Of a stretch of DNA of 48,327 bases, positions 34,788 to 47,119 are shown piece after piece. The stretch is from NCBI RefSeq assembly GCF_001194135.2, contig NC_068989.1, forward strand, positions 5,701,599 through 5,749,925, read 5' to 3'. The DNA comes from Octopus bimaculoides (taxonomy: Eukaryota). Made by a program: the position numbers and the translations under genes. The notes beneath the pieces were generated by a model. That model was not told the DNA's origin, did not search any database, and worked only from the letters and a program-made list of their open reading frames with translations. How positions within the stretch are numbered: the first letter of the stretch is position 1; each line of letters opens with the position of its first letter.

Positions 34788-35446
34788 AATCACCAAGACA
34801 ACCACAGCAATTACTACTAGTAATGCTACTTCTACTTAGAATATCACCACCTCCTTCAGCATAATGACCACCGACCCCACTGACCACAATCACCACCACC
34901 ACCACCCCACCACCGCCACTACCAAAACCACTATGATGGTTAACAACATTAACATCAACTCCATTGTTAGCACCTCTTCAAGTAAGTTACCTTTATGTCT
35001 CTTCATATTCTAACAATTGCCACCACCACCACCACCGCCACCACCACCACCACCACTACCACCACCATCACTACCATCTACATCTAGCATCATCATCATC
35101 GTCATAATCCAGCATTTGAATCCTCACCATCATCACTGACGGCAACATCAAAAACCCACATGAAGACCTCTCAGTGGTCGCTCAACCTACTTGTGGAAGA
35201 TTTGATTGCTAGAAATAGTAGTCAAATCCTACTTGATTTACACTATACTGACTTAAAACAAGAAACAAAACAAAAAAAAAAGAAGCATAATGGACAATGT
35301 AGTTTTAGAAACACAGTTGAAGGGGAAAATAATGAGGGTTTGTCATGACTGGAACACCTTTCAGCACATCCCTGCTGGATCAGAACTCTCTTGGAGCTAA
35401 AGAACATATTTGCAAGGATATTTTATACATAAACTGTCACTACTAA

Positions 35447-35757
35447 TATTACTCATCTGCCTCATTTATCACTGGTTCATTTATCTCTGATTTGATTAAC
35501 ACAGTCTACTAATTGTGAATCACGTTATGCTTATCACGCATTGATCTCTGATAACATGGGTCAGCAAGTAGCCAAAGATTCTGATTGGACTGCAAAAGCT
35601 TGCCCCTCAGTGACCACCAACAATACCCAGGACAACTTGGCGTCTCAGAACAAAACCTATTTTTCCCCACATGTTCCATGATTCATTTATCACTGATTCA
35701 CCTAATATGGTGGTTCTTTGGAACCAAACACGTGACAAACAAGGATAGATGTATTAG
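35447..35757. mobile_element. Possible old Tc1/pogo-type MITE
   Basis: Imperfect ~22-bp terminal inverted similarity (TACTCATCTGCCTCATTTATCAC vs GTGACAAACAAGGATAGATGTA) and repeated CATTTATCAC motifs. Confidence 0.3.
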
Positions 35758-35893
35758 TACCATCACCGATAACATTTATACCAACATCACATTTCCCCTT
35801 AGATACGAACAACCTTGGTTCTTTGACAAGGATACTCATTTATCACCATCATGTGATGTCTAGACAAGGATACACATGTGCACACACATATAC

Positions 35894-35951
<58 letters not shown>

Positions 35952-35991
35952 GTATATATCATCACCGATTAACTTCCATTTCCCATGCTGG

Positions 35992-36028
<37 letters not shown>

Positions 36029-36232
36029 AAACAGGAGATTGGAAAATCTTTGGTATTATTTATTCACCACTTTCCAATCTCCTCTTGTTTTGATGCCATT
36101 ACTCAGCAGAAAATATTTTCCCGTACTTTCATCTCTTATGCATAACTCACACAAATATAACATCTGCATACAAATTTGGAATACTGAAATAAAAAAGATG
36201 TGCCCCAAGAAGATACAGCTTGGATTTTAACC

Positions 36233-36277
<45 letters not shown>

Positions 36278-36492
36278 CTTTATTTGTAGATTGAGGCTAC
36301 CATTAGTTTCATGTCAAGTAAGCCCTTAACAATTATTAAGCCTACAGAATAAAATATCAGTTTTTTATTTCCATTTTGGATTTGTTTTAACCCAAATTGG
36401 AAATGAACACTGATGTTCCATGTCTTAGGCTTGATAATTGTTAAGGGCTTTCTTAACATGAAACCAATGGTAGAGTTAATCCACAAATAAAG
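36278..36492. repeat. 215-bp fold-back palindrome (MITE-like)
   Basis: Outer 83 bp pair without indels (68 Watson-Crick, 4 G-T, 11 mismatches); pairing continues after a 1-nt shift to a ~6-nt loop. Confidence 0.9.
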
Positions 36493-36550
36493 AATCATTA
36501 TCCACTAATTTGATATTGCATACTTATTCTCAATATTCAACATTTGAGTG

Positions 36551-36800
36551 TGGACAGTTTGACCAGGCTGGCATGCTGGAAGGCTGCACCAGACACCGGT
36601 CTAATTTGGAATGATTTTCTACAGCTGGATGCCCGTCCTAACGCCAACCACTCCAAGAGTATAATGGGTGCTTTTACAAGTCACCGGCACGGGTGCCAAT
36701 TTGCGTGATACCAGTATCTGCCATGACAGCGATTTTGCTTGGCTTGATGGGTCTTCTTCTCAAGCACGACATAATGCCAAATGTCTCGGTCATCGCCTCC
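36551..36800 (-). mobile_element. RTE-type LINE 3' end including the ORF C-terminus
   Basis: Minus frame DRDIWHYVVLEKKTHQAK resembles the RTE C-terminal DR..WR..V motif and continues into the family D 3' UTR, supporting family D as RTE 3' ends. Confidence 0.75.
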
Positions 36801-36954
36801 ATATGCATATCTATCTATCTATCTATCTATATATAGTGAGAATTTACAAAACAAAAAACAAAAGACGAAGGCGGGTGTGTAAACAACAAACAGATGTATT
36901 AGTTTAATGCTCGGGAAGTGAGAAAGTCACTTTTCTACAACAAAAGGAACCAAA

Positions 36955-37081
36955 CATTCAAAGAGTTTAATGTCTGGCACCGTCTGAAGCCATTTTTCTG
37001 TAAGTTCTTTGATCCTCTCCAATGCCAATTCTTGTCCTTCGAGGTAAAGAACTCCCTCACTAAAGCTTCCACTTCATCTTG
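36955..37081 (-). pseudogene. Mariner transposase C-terminal fragment (same family as 33619-33754)
   Basis: QDEVEALVREFFTSKDKNWHWRG then (shift) IKELTEKWLQT; 64/68 nt identical to 33687-33754. Confidence 0.8.
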
Positions 37082-37085
37082 ACAA

Positions 37086-37245
37086 GTTTCTTTCGGTTTC
37101 TGTATACCAAATCCACACACAAGGCTTCGGTCTGCCTGGGACTATAATAGATGATACTTGCCCAAAATGCCAAATAGTGAAACTGAACCTGAAACCATAA
37201 GATTTGGGAAGCATTCGTCTTAACCACAGAGCCATGCCTATGCCT
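37086..37245 (-). mobile_element. SINE family A, 5' half
   Basis: TTCGGTTTCTGTATACCAAATCCAC...ACTTGCCCAA...ACTGAACC...AACCACAGAGCCATGCC. Confidence 0.82.
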
Positions 37246-37269
37246 ACATGTATATATAGGTAGGGATAT

Positions 37270-37765
37270 CAAAAACCCTAGTGAATAACATTGGAAACAA
37301 AGAGAAAATAAGGTTTAAGAGTTCTGAGTCTTAAATGAAATCAATAATAAAACGGCACAAATGATAAACAAATGAGGAGAGACAAGTACAACAGAAATAT
37401 AAGAGAATAGAAAAAAAAAACCTATCTGGAATGAAAGACTGCCTGAAACAATCTGGCACTATGAAATGCAACAATGATGTTTTGAACAAACAATGGCTCT
37501 AATCCAGAATAATTTTATCAAGAAATTGGTAAAAGAAAATGTAACAAAATTTTATGCAGCCCCCAACAGCAAGAGAAGACGATTTCTAGGGAGGCGTGTG
37601 GCTGGCAAAGGCATTACTATGAACTTGATTGTTCAACAACAATGAACACAGCATCTAAAGAGTTGTAGGAGGCTTTTAAATATACAAGAAAAATCCCAGA
37701 CTCAAAAAAAAAAAAAAAGAAAAATGCATGGAAAGCACCAGAACATGATCAAATAGCAATATATC
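37270..37765 (+). pseudogene. R4/Dong-clade LINE fragment (region upstream of RT)
   Basis: Shifted frames give NPE*FYQEIGK, PTAREDDF*GGVW and NAWKAPEHDQIA, matching NP..FY..I...F WxxIW...WKAPGPDQI. Confidence 0.7.
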
Positions 37766-37779
37766 AGATGCATGTGAAG

Positions 37780-38060
37780 GCAAGTGGCCTAGTGGTTAAG
37801 TTGTTACACTCACAATTGCTTGACTGTGGGTTCAATTTCCTGACTGGTTGTGCATCGATTTTTTTTTTTGTTATTGGTGGTGGTTGGTCGGGGTGGGGTA
37901 AGAAAAATACTTCATTTCACATTAATCCCGTCCACTTGGATGCACACGGGTAACCCAGTAACAAATTGGCATTCTGTTCAGAGAGAATGTTGACCTGCCT
38001 GCCTAACCAGTGAGGTAGCATCACTTGAAAGCTATGACAATGCAAGGAAGCGCATTGTTA
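37780..38060 (+). mobile_element. Old tRNA-derived SINE (further family)
   Basis: A box TGGCCTAGTGG, B-box-like GGGTTCAATTTCC, body distinct from families A-C. Confidence 0.55.
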
Positions 38061-38282
38061 CCATGACTTTCAAAGAGATGAAACACTTGATGCATAATCA
38101 CAGAGATGGGAGTTCGAGTCTCATGGCTGGCCAGTAGCGTATTTTTCTGCAATAAATGGATAATTTATCCTGATCTCGCTATTTATAGCATTATCACGCG
38201 TTTGAGAAATAAATTTATTTCTGTATCTTACAATACATCTCAACGCTTCTGAAAACAAACTTTGTTTACTTTCATCGTAGAG

Positions 38283-38652
38283 ATGAAAGAAGTTTATGGT
38301 GACAAAGCACCATCATATGATATAGTCAAGCACTGGCATCACCAGTTCATATGTGGTCGGACATTGGTTGAAACTGCTCCTATTCCTGGATGACCACATT
38401 CCGCCATTGATGACGACGCCATCCATAAAGTGGAAGCCACCATTTTGGAGGATTGCTACATGACTATTTGGCAGCTAGCCCAAGAAGTGAAGATAAGTGT
38501 AGGGTTTGTGGAAAAAAATCATTCACAACCATTTGCACATGTGGAAGTTGCCTGCATGATGGATTCCCCGGATGCTCACACCTTTTCAGAAGCAGAGACG
38601 AGTCAGTTGCTCACAGGCTCTTTTGGCAATGTGCCAAGCAAACAAGGAAGAC
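38283..38652 (+). pseudogene. Mariner transposase N-terminal fragment (two HTH domains), truncated by a SINE
   Basis: MKEVYGDKAPSYDIVKHWHHQF...PG*P...TIWQLAQEVKISVGFVEK, then after a 1-nt shift IIHNHLHMWKLPA*WIPRMLT. Both stops fall at expected Arg (CGA to TGA) positions of the GRP and ARW(V/I)P motifs. Confidence 0.9.
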
Positions 38653-38654
38653 AT

Positions 38655-38862
38655 TGTTTGTGTGTCTGTGTTTGTCCCTCCCAACATCGCTTGACAACCA
38701 ATGCTGGTGTGTTTTACTTCCCCGTAATTTAGCGATTCGGCAAAAGAGACCAATAGAATAAGTACTAGGCTTACAAAGAATAAGTCCTGGGATTGATTTG
38801 CTTGACTAAAGGCGGTGCTCCAGCATGGCCACAGTTAAATGATTGAAACAAGTAAAAGAGTA
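38655..38862 (+). mobile_element. SINE family A, 3' half
   Basis: TGTCTGTGTTTGTCCC...GCTCCAGCATGGCCACAG...GAAACAAGTAAAAGAG. Confidence 0.9.
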
Positions 38863-39723
38863 ATCCATAGGCAATATAGTTATTATATGCCGCTTTCGTT
38901 ATCTAAAAAGATCTAGATAAATTTTCAAAAAAATATGAAAGAACCTTATGAAATATGTATAAAATTGAGTAAAGATGTTTTAAAAGTGAACCACTTACGT
39001 GATTGTCATAAANNNNNNNNNNNNNNNNNNNNNNNNNNNNNNNNNNNNNNNNNNNNNNNNNNNNNNNNNNNNNNNNNNNNNNNNNNNNNNNNNNNNNNNN
39101 NNNNNNNNNNNNNNNNNNNNNNNNNNNNNNNNNNNNNNNNNNNNNNNNNNNNNNNNNNNNNNNNNNNNNNNNNNNNNNNNNNNNNNNNNNNNNNNNNNNN
39201 NNNNNNNNNNNNNNNNNNNNNNNNNNNNNNNNNNNNNNNNNNNNNNNNNNNNNNNNNNNNNNNNNNNNNNNNNNNNNNNNNNNNNNNNNNNNNNNNNNNN
39301 NNNNNNNNNNNNNNNNNNNNNNNNNNNNNNNNNNNNNNNNNNNNNNNNNNNNNNNNNNNNNNNNNNNNNNNNNNNNNNNNNNNNNNNNNNNNNNNNNNNN
39401 NNNNNNNNNNNNNNNNNNNNNNNNNNNNNNNNNNNNNNNNNNNNNNNNNNNNNNNNNNNNNNNNNNNNNNNNNNNNNNNNNNNNNNNNNNNNNNNNNNNN
39501 NNNNNNNNNNNNNNNNNNNNNNNNNNNNNNNNNNNNNNNNNNNNNNNNNNNNNNNNNNNNNNNNNNNNNNNNNNNNNNNNNNNNNNNNNNNNNNNNNNNN
39601 NNNNNNNNNNNNNNNNNNNNNNNNNNNNNNNNNNNNNNNNNNNNNNNNNNNNNNNNNNNNNNNNNNNNNNNNNNNNNNNNNNNNNNNNNNNNNNNNNNNN
39701 NNNNNNNNNNNNNNNNNNNNNNN

Positions 39724-39779
<56 letters not shown>

Positions 39780-39789
39780 ATGTATGTAT

Positions 39790-40045
39790 GTATCTATGTG
39801 TGTATGTGTGTCTTTGTATCTGTGTTTGTCCCCAACCACTGCTTGACAACCAGTGTTGGTGTGTTTTTGTCCACTGTAACTTAGCGGTTTGGCAAAAAAA
39901 GAATGCTAGAATAAGTACACGGCTTAAAAGAATAAGTACTGGGGTCGACTTGTTCGACTAAAACCCTTCAAGGTGGTGCCTCGGCATGGCCATAGTCATC
40001 TGACTGAAACAAGTAAAAGATAAAAGATAAAGATATAAAGATCTG
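39790..40045 (+). mobile_element. SINE family A, 3' half following a gap
   Basis: Family A 3' module preceded by the internal (TA)n that borders the gap. Confidence 0.88.
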
Positions 40046-40491
40046 GAAATAGAGATAGCCAAGAAGTGGTGACTAAAACAGACCCAATCCCTCCAATAAC
40101 AGATGCCTTGTGGGATATGATTAAAAGACAAGTAGACAAATACAAAACCAAAACTCTGGGACTTTGTGCAAATATACATACAACATATATATATATATAT
40201 GTATATATANNNNNNNNNNNNNNNNNNNNNNNNNNNNNNNNNNNNNNNNNNNNNNNNNNNNNNNNNNNNNNNNNNNNNNNNNNNNNNNNNNNNNNNNNNN
40301 NNNNNNNNNNNNNNNNNNNNNNNNNNNNNNNNNNNNNNNNNNNNNNNNNNNNNNNNNNNNNNNNNNNNNNNNNNNNNNNNNNNNNNNNNNNNNNNNNNNN
40401 NNNNNNNNNNNNNNNNNNNNNNNNNNNNNNNNNNNNNNNNNNNNNNNNNNNNNNNNNNNNNNNNNNNNNNNNNNNNNNNNNNNNNNNNNNN

Positions 40492-40875
40492 TAACAAGGA
40501 GATTAAACCAGCAATATATTTCCCCAATAGGGGGCAGTTTCATCAAGAGGTAACCAAAGAAACCTCACACACTTTGGGCCCCTAACACCAAAGGCACCTC
40601 AGGTAGGCATCTTTCTTTTCCTCATTCCATCTGGCCTACAGGCGCACGCTTAAAGTAGGTCCATTGCCACGGGCCAGTTTTGCCACATTCACCCACCTTT
40701 CAACAAACTTGCTGGGTAACAGTACCTCCCTTTCCAGCCCCATTTTATTTTTTAGGTGGAACCCGGAAAAAGAGGAAGGCATCCATCTTCAACCCTTTCA
40801 GTTGCGTCCACCACACAACCTCTTTTCAAGAATGAAAAACTACCTGTCCTTCCTGGCCAAAGGAAGGAGGCGATA
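40492..40875 (-). pseudogene. Tx1/L1-clade LINE ORF2 C-terminus and 3' UTR
   Basis: Minus frames KEVVWWTQLKG and FHLKNKMGLEREVLLPSKFVERWVNVAKLARGNGPTLSVRL* (stop 40636-40638), the KE.IW..R...F...L...ER......F...W pattern of Tx1-type ORF2. Confidence 0.65.
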
Positions 40876-41504
40876 ACATATATACAAATAAATAATATTA
40901 GTTCTAGACACGACAGACATATTATATTAAGTATAAACACCAATATTACTTGAAATAATGATATACAGACAATATTATAGACAACAGACAATGAAAACCA
41001 AAATCAAACCAAAATATTGCACTTACCTTAGTTCTGTGCTCAACAGAGCAGTAAAAGTGCAATAGAAATAAGACTATTGGATGATGATGATAATAATAAT
41101 AATAATAATAACTTTACTAGCTAGAAGGCCAATGGATGTGGGAACACTACAAGGACAAACGGTAATATAGTAATTTCTTTATTGTTCCAACTTGAGCGTA
41201 TATACTGCCAAATAATAATAAAAATAATAATAATAACAATAATGGCAATGATGTTTTTGCCATTATCTCTGTGGGTTTTGTACAGGAAATCATGGGAAGC
41301 CATTATGCAGTCTATATGATGATAAGAATTACATTTTCTCTTTCAGCATTAAATATCACTTACCTTAATTTTCATCTGCCACCACCTGCCCAGCATACCT
41401 GTGTCCCTCCCTCTCTTCCTCTCTCCATCTATTCTTCTATGTTGCTTCTTCTCTATCCATTTAGCTGTGTCCTCCTAACTGTTCATCTTTTTGTCAGTCT
41501 GCTT

Positions 41505-41905
41505 AGTTAATGAAGTAGATGGATAGATAGATAGATAAAGAGAGATAGAGAGAGAAATAGAAAGATAGAAAGATAGAAAGATAGATAGGTAGGTAGGTAG
41601 GTAGGTAGGTAGATAGATAGATAGATAGATAGGTAAAGAGAGATAGAAAGTTAGATAGATAGGTAGGTAGGTAGATAGATAGATAGATAGATAGATAGGT
41701 AAAGAGAGATAGAAAGATAGATAGAGAGAGATAGAAAGATAGAGAGATAGATAGAGATAGATAGAGAGAGAGATAGCTAGATAGATAGATAGACAGATAG
41801 CTAGCTAGATAGATAGATAGAAGGATGGATAGATGGATAGATAAATAGATAATGGATGGATGGATGGATGGATGGATAGATAGAGAAATAGATAGATAAA
41901 CAGAC
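41505..41905. repeat. Compound (GATA)/(GGTA)/(GGAT) repeat with higher-order duplication
   Basis: GATAGGTAAAGAGAGATAGAAAG unit repeated among tetramer runs. Confidence 0.95.
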
Positions 41906-42429
41906 CGACACAAAGTNNNNNNNNNNNNNNNNNNNNNNNNNNNNNNNNNNNNNNNNNNNNNNNNNNNNNNNNNNNNNNNNNNNNNNNNNNNNNNNNNNNN
42001 NNNNNNNNNNNNNNNNNNNNNNNNNNNNNNNNNNNNNNNNNNNNNNNNNNNNNNNNNNNNNNNNNNNNNNNNNNNNNNNNNNNNNNNNNNNNNNNNNNNN
42101 NNNNNNNNNNNNNNNNNNNNNNNNNNNNNNNNNNNNNNNNNNNNNNNNNNNNNNNNNNNNNNNNNNNNNNNNNNNNNNNNNNNNNNNNNNNNNNNNNNNN
42201 NNNNNNNNNNNNNNNNNNNNNNNNNNNNNNNNNNNNNNNNNNNNNNNNNNNNNNNNNNNNNNNNNNNNNNNNNNNNNNNNNNNNNNNNNNNNNNNNNNNN
42301 NNNNNNNNNNNNNNNNNNNNNNNNNNNNNNNNNNNNNNNNNNNNNNNNNNNNNNNNNNNNNNNNNNNNNNNNNNNNNNNNNNNNNNNNNNNNNNNNNNNN
42401 NNNTATATATATATATATATATATATATG

Positions 42430-42587
42430 CGACAGGCTTCTTTCAGTTTCCGTCTACCAAATCCACTCACAAGGCTTTGGTTGGACTGAGGCTATAGTAG
42501 AAGACACTTGCCCAAGGTGCCACACAGTGGGACTGAACCCGGAACCATGTGGTTCGTAAGCAAGCTTCTTACCACACAGCCACTCCT
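42430..42587 (-). mobile_element. SINE family A, 5' half, young
   Basis: Near-consensus reverse copy from GGCTTCTTTCAGTTTCCGTC to CACACAGCCACTCC; its internal (TA)n borders the gap. Confidence 0.92.
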
Positions 42588-42786
42588 CTGTGTGTGTGTG
42601 TGTGCACGACCGCACGTGCACACGCAATTGTGTGAGGGTGCTAGGTTGTACATCTATAGCTAGAAATAAGATTAAATACCCTTAGCGCTGCAAGAGAGCA
42701 CATAGGTGGCTACCTGGCTCCTTCAGTCACAATTAGTGACAACTGAATTTTTCTTTTTTGGTTTTATTGCATATAGCTTCCTTCGT

Positions 42787-42870
<84 letters not shown>

Positions 42871-44049
42871 GTATGTATATATATACATATATCAGTTGGA
42901 TAAAGTTAAAACATGGTCTGGTTTCCACGTTTTTTTTTTATTATGGTATGAAAAACATGAAAACCAGACCATCTTTCAACTTTAGTCAACTGATATATTA
43001 TTCTAGACACATTTACATATTCACACAAATTAAAAACTATATATATATGTATGTATGTATGTATATACACAAATACATCCATTCATCTATGTATACATCT
43101 AACCTTTTATCTACATGTCTATATCTCTCTCTCACTCTCACTCTATCTATCTATCCATCCATCTATCTTTGTCTCTCTATCTATTGATCTCTCTCTCTAT
43201 ATATATATTCATCCATTCATCTTCCAATCCATTTTTGATCATTCAATTATCTATCCAGTTTTATTCAGTCACGTTTCTCTAAGATATTTTCTTACTATTA
43301 TCACACACACACCAACACACACAAACACACTGATACTCTCATACACATTCATATACACATGAATGCATTTCCAATATTTCTCTTAATAGCTCCTTAATTT
43401 CAAAAACATTGGAGATTCAATGGAAAATCAGGTCCACTAGACATCCATGCATGCATAAATACATTTATACACACACACACACATATGCACACAGAAATAT
43501 TATTTATGCATATACACTCATATACATATATTTACACACGCACATCCATATATATTTATATAGATTGATATATATTTACACAGATACATATATTGTATAT
43601 ACAGACACATTATACAGATACATATACACACATATATATATATATATATATACATACATACATACATACATAAATATACATACAGATACTCATATGTACG
43701 TTTATACAGTTACACATTCTATTATACACAAATACAATATACAGAGGCATAAACGTATACATAAATTTACACAAATACACACACACATGAAAGCTAGTGT
43801 TGAGGTTGGAGAGTGTAATATGACCAAACTGTGTTTCGCAATGTGGGTACCTACTGCTTCCACTTACAGCTAAAATATGACCAAAGCAGAAGAATAACAA
43901 AATCTCTCTAAACTGAACGACCAGGCTGTAGGAAATCTCAGAGATAAGAACATTATAAACAGAACATGATGAGCTTCAATGCTTATTCTGAGGGGAATTT
44001 AGCAAGCGTGGATATCCATAACAGCACTAAACAAGTACTCAATCGGAAT

Positions 44050-44425
44050 TTTATTTATAATTTGAATCTAACATTGTAATTTACCATATGAAAGAAATTG
44101 GATACAGTACTCAGGTGAACTACAACTAAGGAATAAAAAAAAAAAAAAAGAAGCCATCAGGCGTGCAGTTGGCGAATTTCAGAAAGCATGGAAGTTTTGA
44201 AGGATCTAGTGTCACGATAGCAGAACGACTGATGCGGGTAGTTTATTCCATGCTTCAACAATTCTGAGTGTGGAAAAATGTTTCCAAAAGATATGGGTGT
44301 TGTGTTGTTTTTCTTGGTTTTGTGAGCATGTCCGTAAGTGTTTGACATATGGAATTCAAAGAGGTGTCCAGGGTTGTTGTTGGAAAGATGGTGCATGATA
44401 TACGAGAGGAATTGGATTAACATGT
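44050..44425 (-). pseudogene. CR1-clade LINE RT C-terminus and 3' UTR
   Basis: Minus frames HLFEFHMSNTYGH, KHFSTLRIVEAWNKLPASVV and RDTRSFKTSM...*, matching the CR1 TRGH...KxFF..R....WNxLP..VV....FK terminus. Confidence 0.85.
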
Positions 44426-44620
44426 GTTAGCATGTTGGGTGCAATGCCCCAGTGGCATTTTGTCAATCTTCATGTTCAGAGTTCAAATTCTGCTGAGGTC
44501 AACTTTGTCTTTCATCCTTTCGTGGTTGATAAAATAAATACTAGTTTTGCTGAACTGTCAAGTTATGGGGACATAAACAAACCAACGCTGGTTTACAAGT
44601 GGCTGGGGAGCAGATACAGA
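44420..44620 (+). mobile_element. Chimeric SINE: family B 5' part joined to family A 3' part
   Basis: GAGTTCAAATTCTGCTGAGGTCAACTTTGTCTTTCATCC (family B) continues into a reverse-oriented family A 3' segment (ACTAG...GAACTG...AAGTTATGGGGACATAAACAA). Confidence 0.55.
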
Positions 44621-44782
44621 GATATGCGCACACACACACACATGCCATCTCTGAAGAGCACGAGCTATTACTTAAACATGCTGTTATAGAACATCTGGTT
44701 TTAGTGCCCTGTGCAAAACTGGTAAACTCAGCAGCAATGGGTCTATAATATTGCATACTTTGATTACAATGTATACAAGTGT

Positions 44783-44819
<37 letters not shown>

Positions 44820-44824
44820 CATAT

Positions 44825-44995
44825 GTTTCTACAAATGGCTTCTTTCATTTTTTTATCTGCCATATCTATTTCACAAGGCTTTCATTAGTCTGTGGCCATT
44901 ATAGAAGAAAACTCGTCGACGGTACCACACAGTGGGACTGAACACCAAACCATGTGGTCAGGAAGCCAACTTCTTAACCACACAGCCACGGCTGC
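44825..44995 (-). mobile_element. SINE family A, 5' half
   Basis: GGCTTCTTTCA...CACAAGGCTTT...CCACACAGTGGGACTGAAC...AACCACACAGCCACG. Confidence 0.8.
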
Positions 44996-46177
44996 ACTTA
45001 ATCTAAATACAACCTCATAAAATGTAAGAGTAATAAGATTAATGTATTCGTCATCATGAATAAAAGCCACACTCATTAATGTGTATTATGCACATTTTTC
45101 CCCCCAGATTTTATAAACGTTGAAATTAAGAGGTGTACATTATACATGAGAACATTTTTGGTTTTAATGAAAAATCTAGATTTACACAATTTAAAACCCA
45201 GCAAAATTACCTACCAAACATTTGAGGAAGGCATTAATGTGTTTTTTTTTTCTGTTTGTTTTCTTTTCTTTTACATATAAATGAAAATTAAAAATAGTGT
45301 TTCAATTTATTGCGATTGAGGCTGCATAATATCATTTTTTTTATGCATAGGAAAATTCTATTTTAATTAAACAAAAAAAACTTTCACCAAGTTTTAGAAT
45401 AAGCACTCAGCCACAACAATTTATGTATTTGTTGTTCTAAATTTCAAGAGAGAAAGAGAAAGAAAGAGAAGGCGAAAACTAGAGTGGTATATTCAAAAAG
45501 AATCATCGTTTATGTTTCACTTGTTTTTGAAGTGCATGGCCTAATGGTTAGCAATTGGTTCTCAATTGGAAAATTGTGAGTTCAATTCCTAGACTGGAGA
45601 GCAATTTGTGTTCTTTACCAAAACACTTAATTTCATGTTGCTTTATTGGTGAGTGGTGAGCAGCATACCAAAGAATAGGCCCAATGTTTCCTCTGCGTGT
45701 TGTAAAAAGGCAAATAAAAGAGGTTGAGGCAGGATTTGCACTTCATCCTTGTAAAACCCTCACCAGCAACGACTACCCAAACAGACCCATAAGTTGATGG
45801 GGTTGTCACTTGACTGGTGCAAAAGCGTCATTTGCCAAGAGTAGAGAATCACCGACAAATGGTAGATGCAGCATCATGCTGATACAGCACAAGCCAACAT
45901 ACGACTACGACGCTTACTTTTACCTGCTTCGGTCATCGGACTGTGGCCATACTGGGGCACCACCTTGAAGGTTGTCGTTGAACAAATTGACCCCTGTAGT
46001 CCTTTTCTTCAGTTTGTTACTTATCCTAGTGGCCCCTTTTGCTGCACTGCTAACTGACAGGGACATGAAGAGACCACTACATCAATAACATCCCAACATA
46101 GAAACCATACCAAAAGAGATGCTGGAGTTTGGAGCAGTCCTGGGGCTCACCAGCCCCTGTTGAACCACAGGTGACTT

Positions 46178-46360
46178 TGTTGTTAAGATATTTGGTTCAT
46201 GATTATAAGGTCATGGGTTCAATTCCTGGCAGTACATTGCGGTCTTGAGCAAGACACTTTATTTCATGTTGCTCCAGTTCACTCAACTGGCAAAAATGTG
46301 TTGTACCAGTAATTCAAGGAGCCAGCCTTCTCACATTTTGTGCCACACTGAATCTCCCTT
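46178..46360 (+). mobile_element. SINE family E
   Basis: GGGTTCAATTCC, CTTGAGCAAGACACTTTATTTCATGTTGCTCCAG, then the family C-type 3' segment CCAGCCTT...CTGAATCTCCC. Confidence 0.8.
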
Positions 46361-46467
46361 GGAACTATGGAACTTGCCCAAGGTGCCGCACAGTGGGACT
46401 GAACCTGGAACCATGTCGTCGGGAAGCAATTGACTAACCAGACAGTCATGCCTATGTAGTAAATAGC

Positions 46468-46645
46468 GAAAACTTAGAACAGCTATTTTATTTCACCTAC
46501 GTGTGGACAGAAACAGTGGTGGCAAGGTCAACATTCAAATGCAAAAAGCTGGAGCAGTATTTAGTAGACTCGTTAACGTTTGGAAATTAATTAAAAAGGA
46601 TCAGCATGGAAATTAAAATTGTAGCCTGCAATACAATACACTTGT
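46468..46645 (+). pseudogene. RTE-clade reverse transcriptase thumb-region fragment
   Basis: ENLEQLFYFTYV, KVNIQMQKAGAVFSRLVNVWK and ISMEIKI, matching LEQV..F.YLG...V..RI.KA...F..L..IW...IS..TK. Confidence 0.75.
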
Positions 46646-46785
46646 TTATTCTTCTCCAAGGGGGTAAAAGTTAGCAATTAGATCAGTGATTGAACTCTCA
46701 ACTACATGATAGACAGACCAACACTCTAAGCACTAGATCACATATATACACACATATATACACATATGCATATATACATGTATAT

Positions 46786-46834
<49 letters not shown>

Positions 46835-46858
46835 TATATATATGTATGTGTGTATGTA

Positions 46859-46911
<53 letters not shown>

Positions 46912-47035
46912 ATATAGGCATATGTATGTACATACATATATACATACACACATATGCTCGATAATGGTAAAATATGTGTATTTAGAGTTCTAACAATTTC
47001 TTATGGAATGGTTAAGTGGAATAATGAAATGCACA

Positions 47036-47119
<84 letters not shown>

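Noticed and set aside
36833-36950. Segment resembling a second Penelope-type terminal repeat
   Set aside because: Based only on recall; no hammerhead core is present in this copy.
41030-41080. Strong minus-strand donor AAG|GTAAGT (also candidates near 1180, 8170, 11741, 20350, 43865)
   Set aside because: No consistent acceptor and frame chain, and no recognisable peptide; expected by chance in AT-rich DNA.
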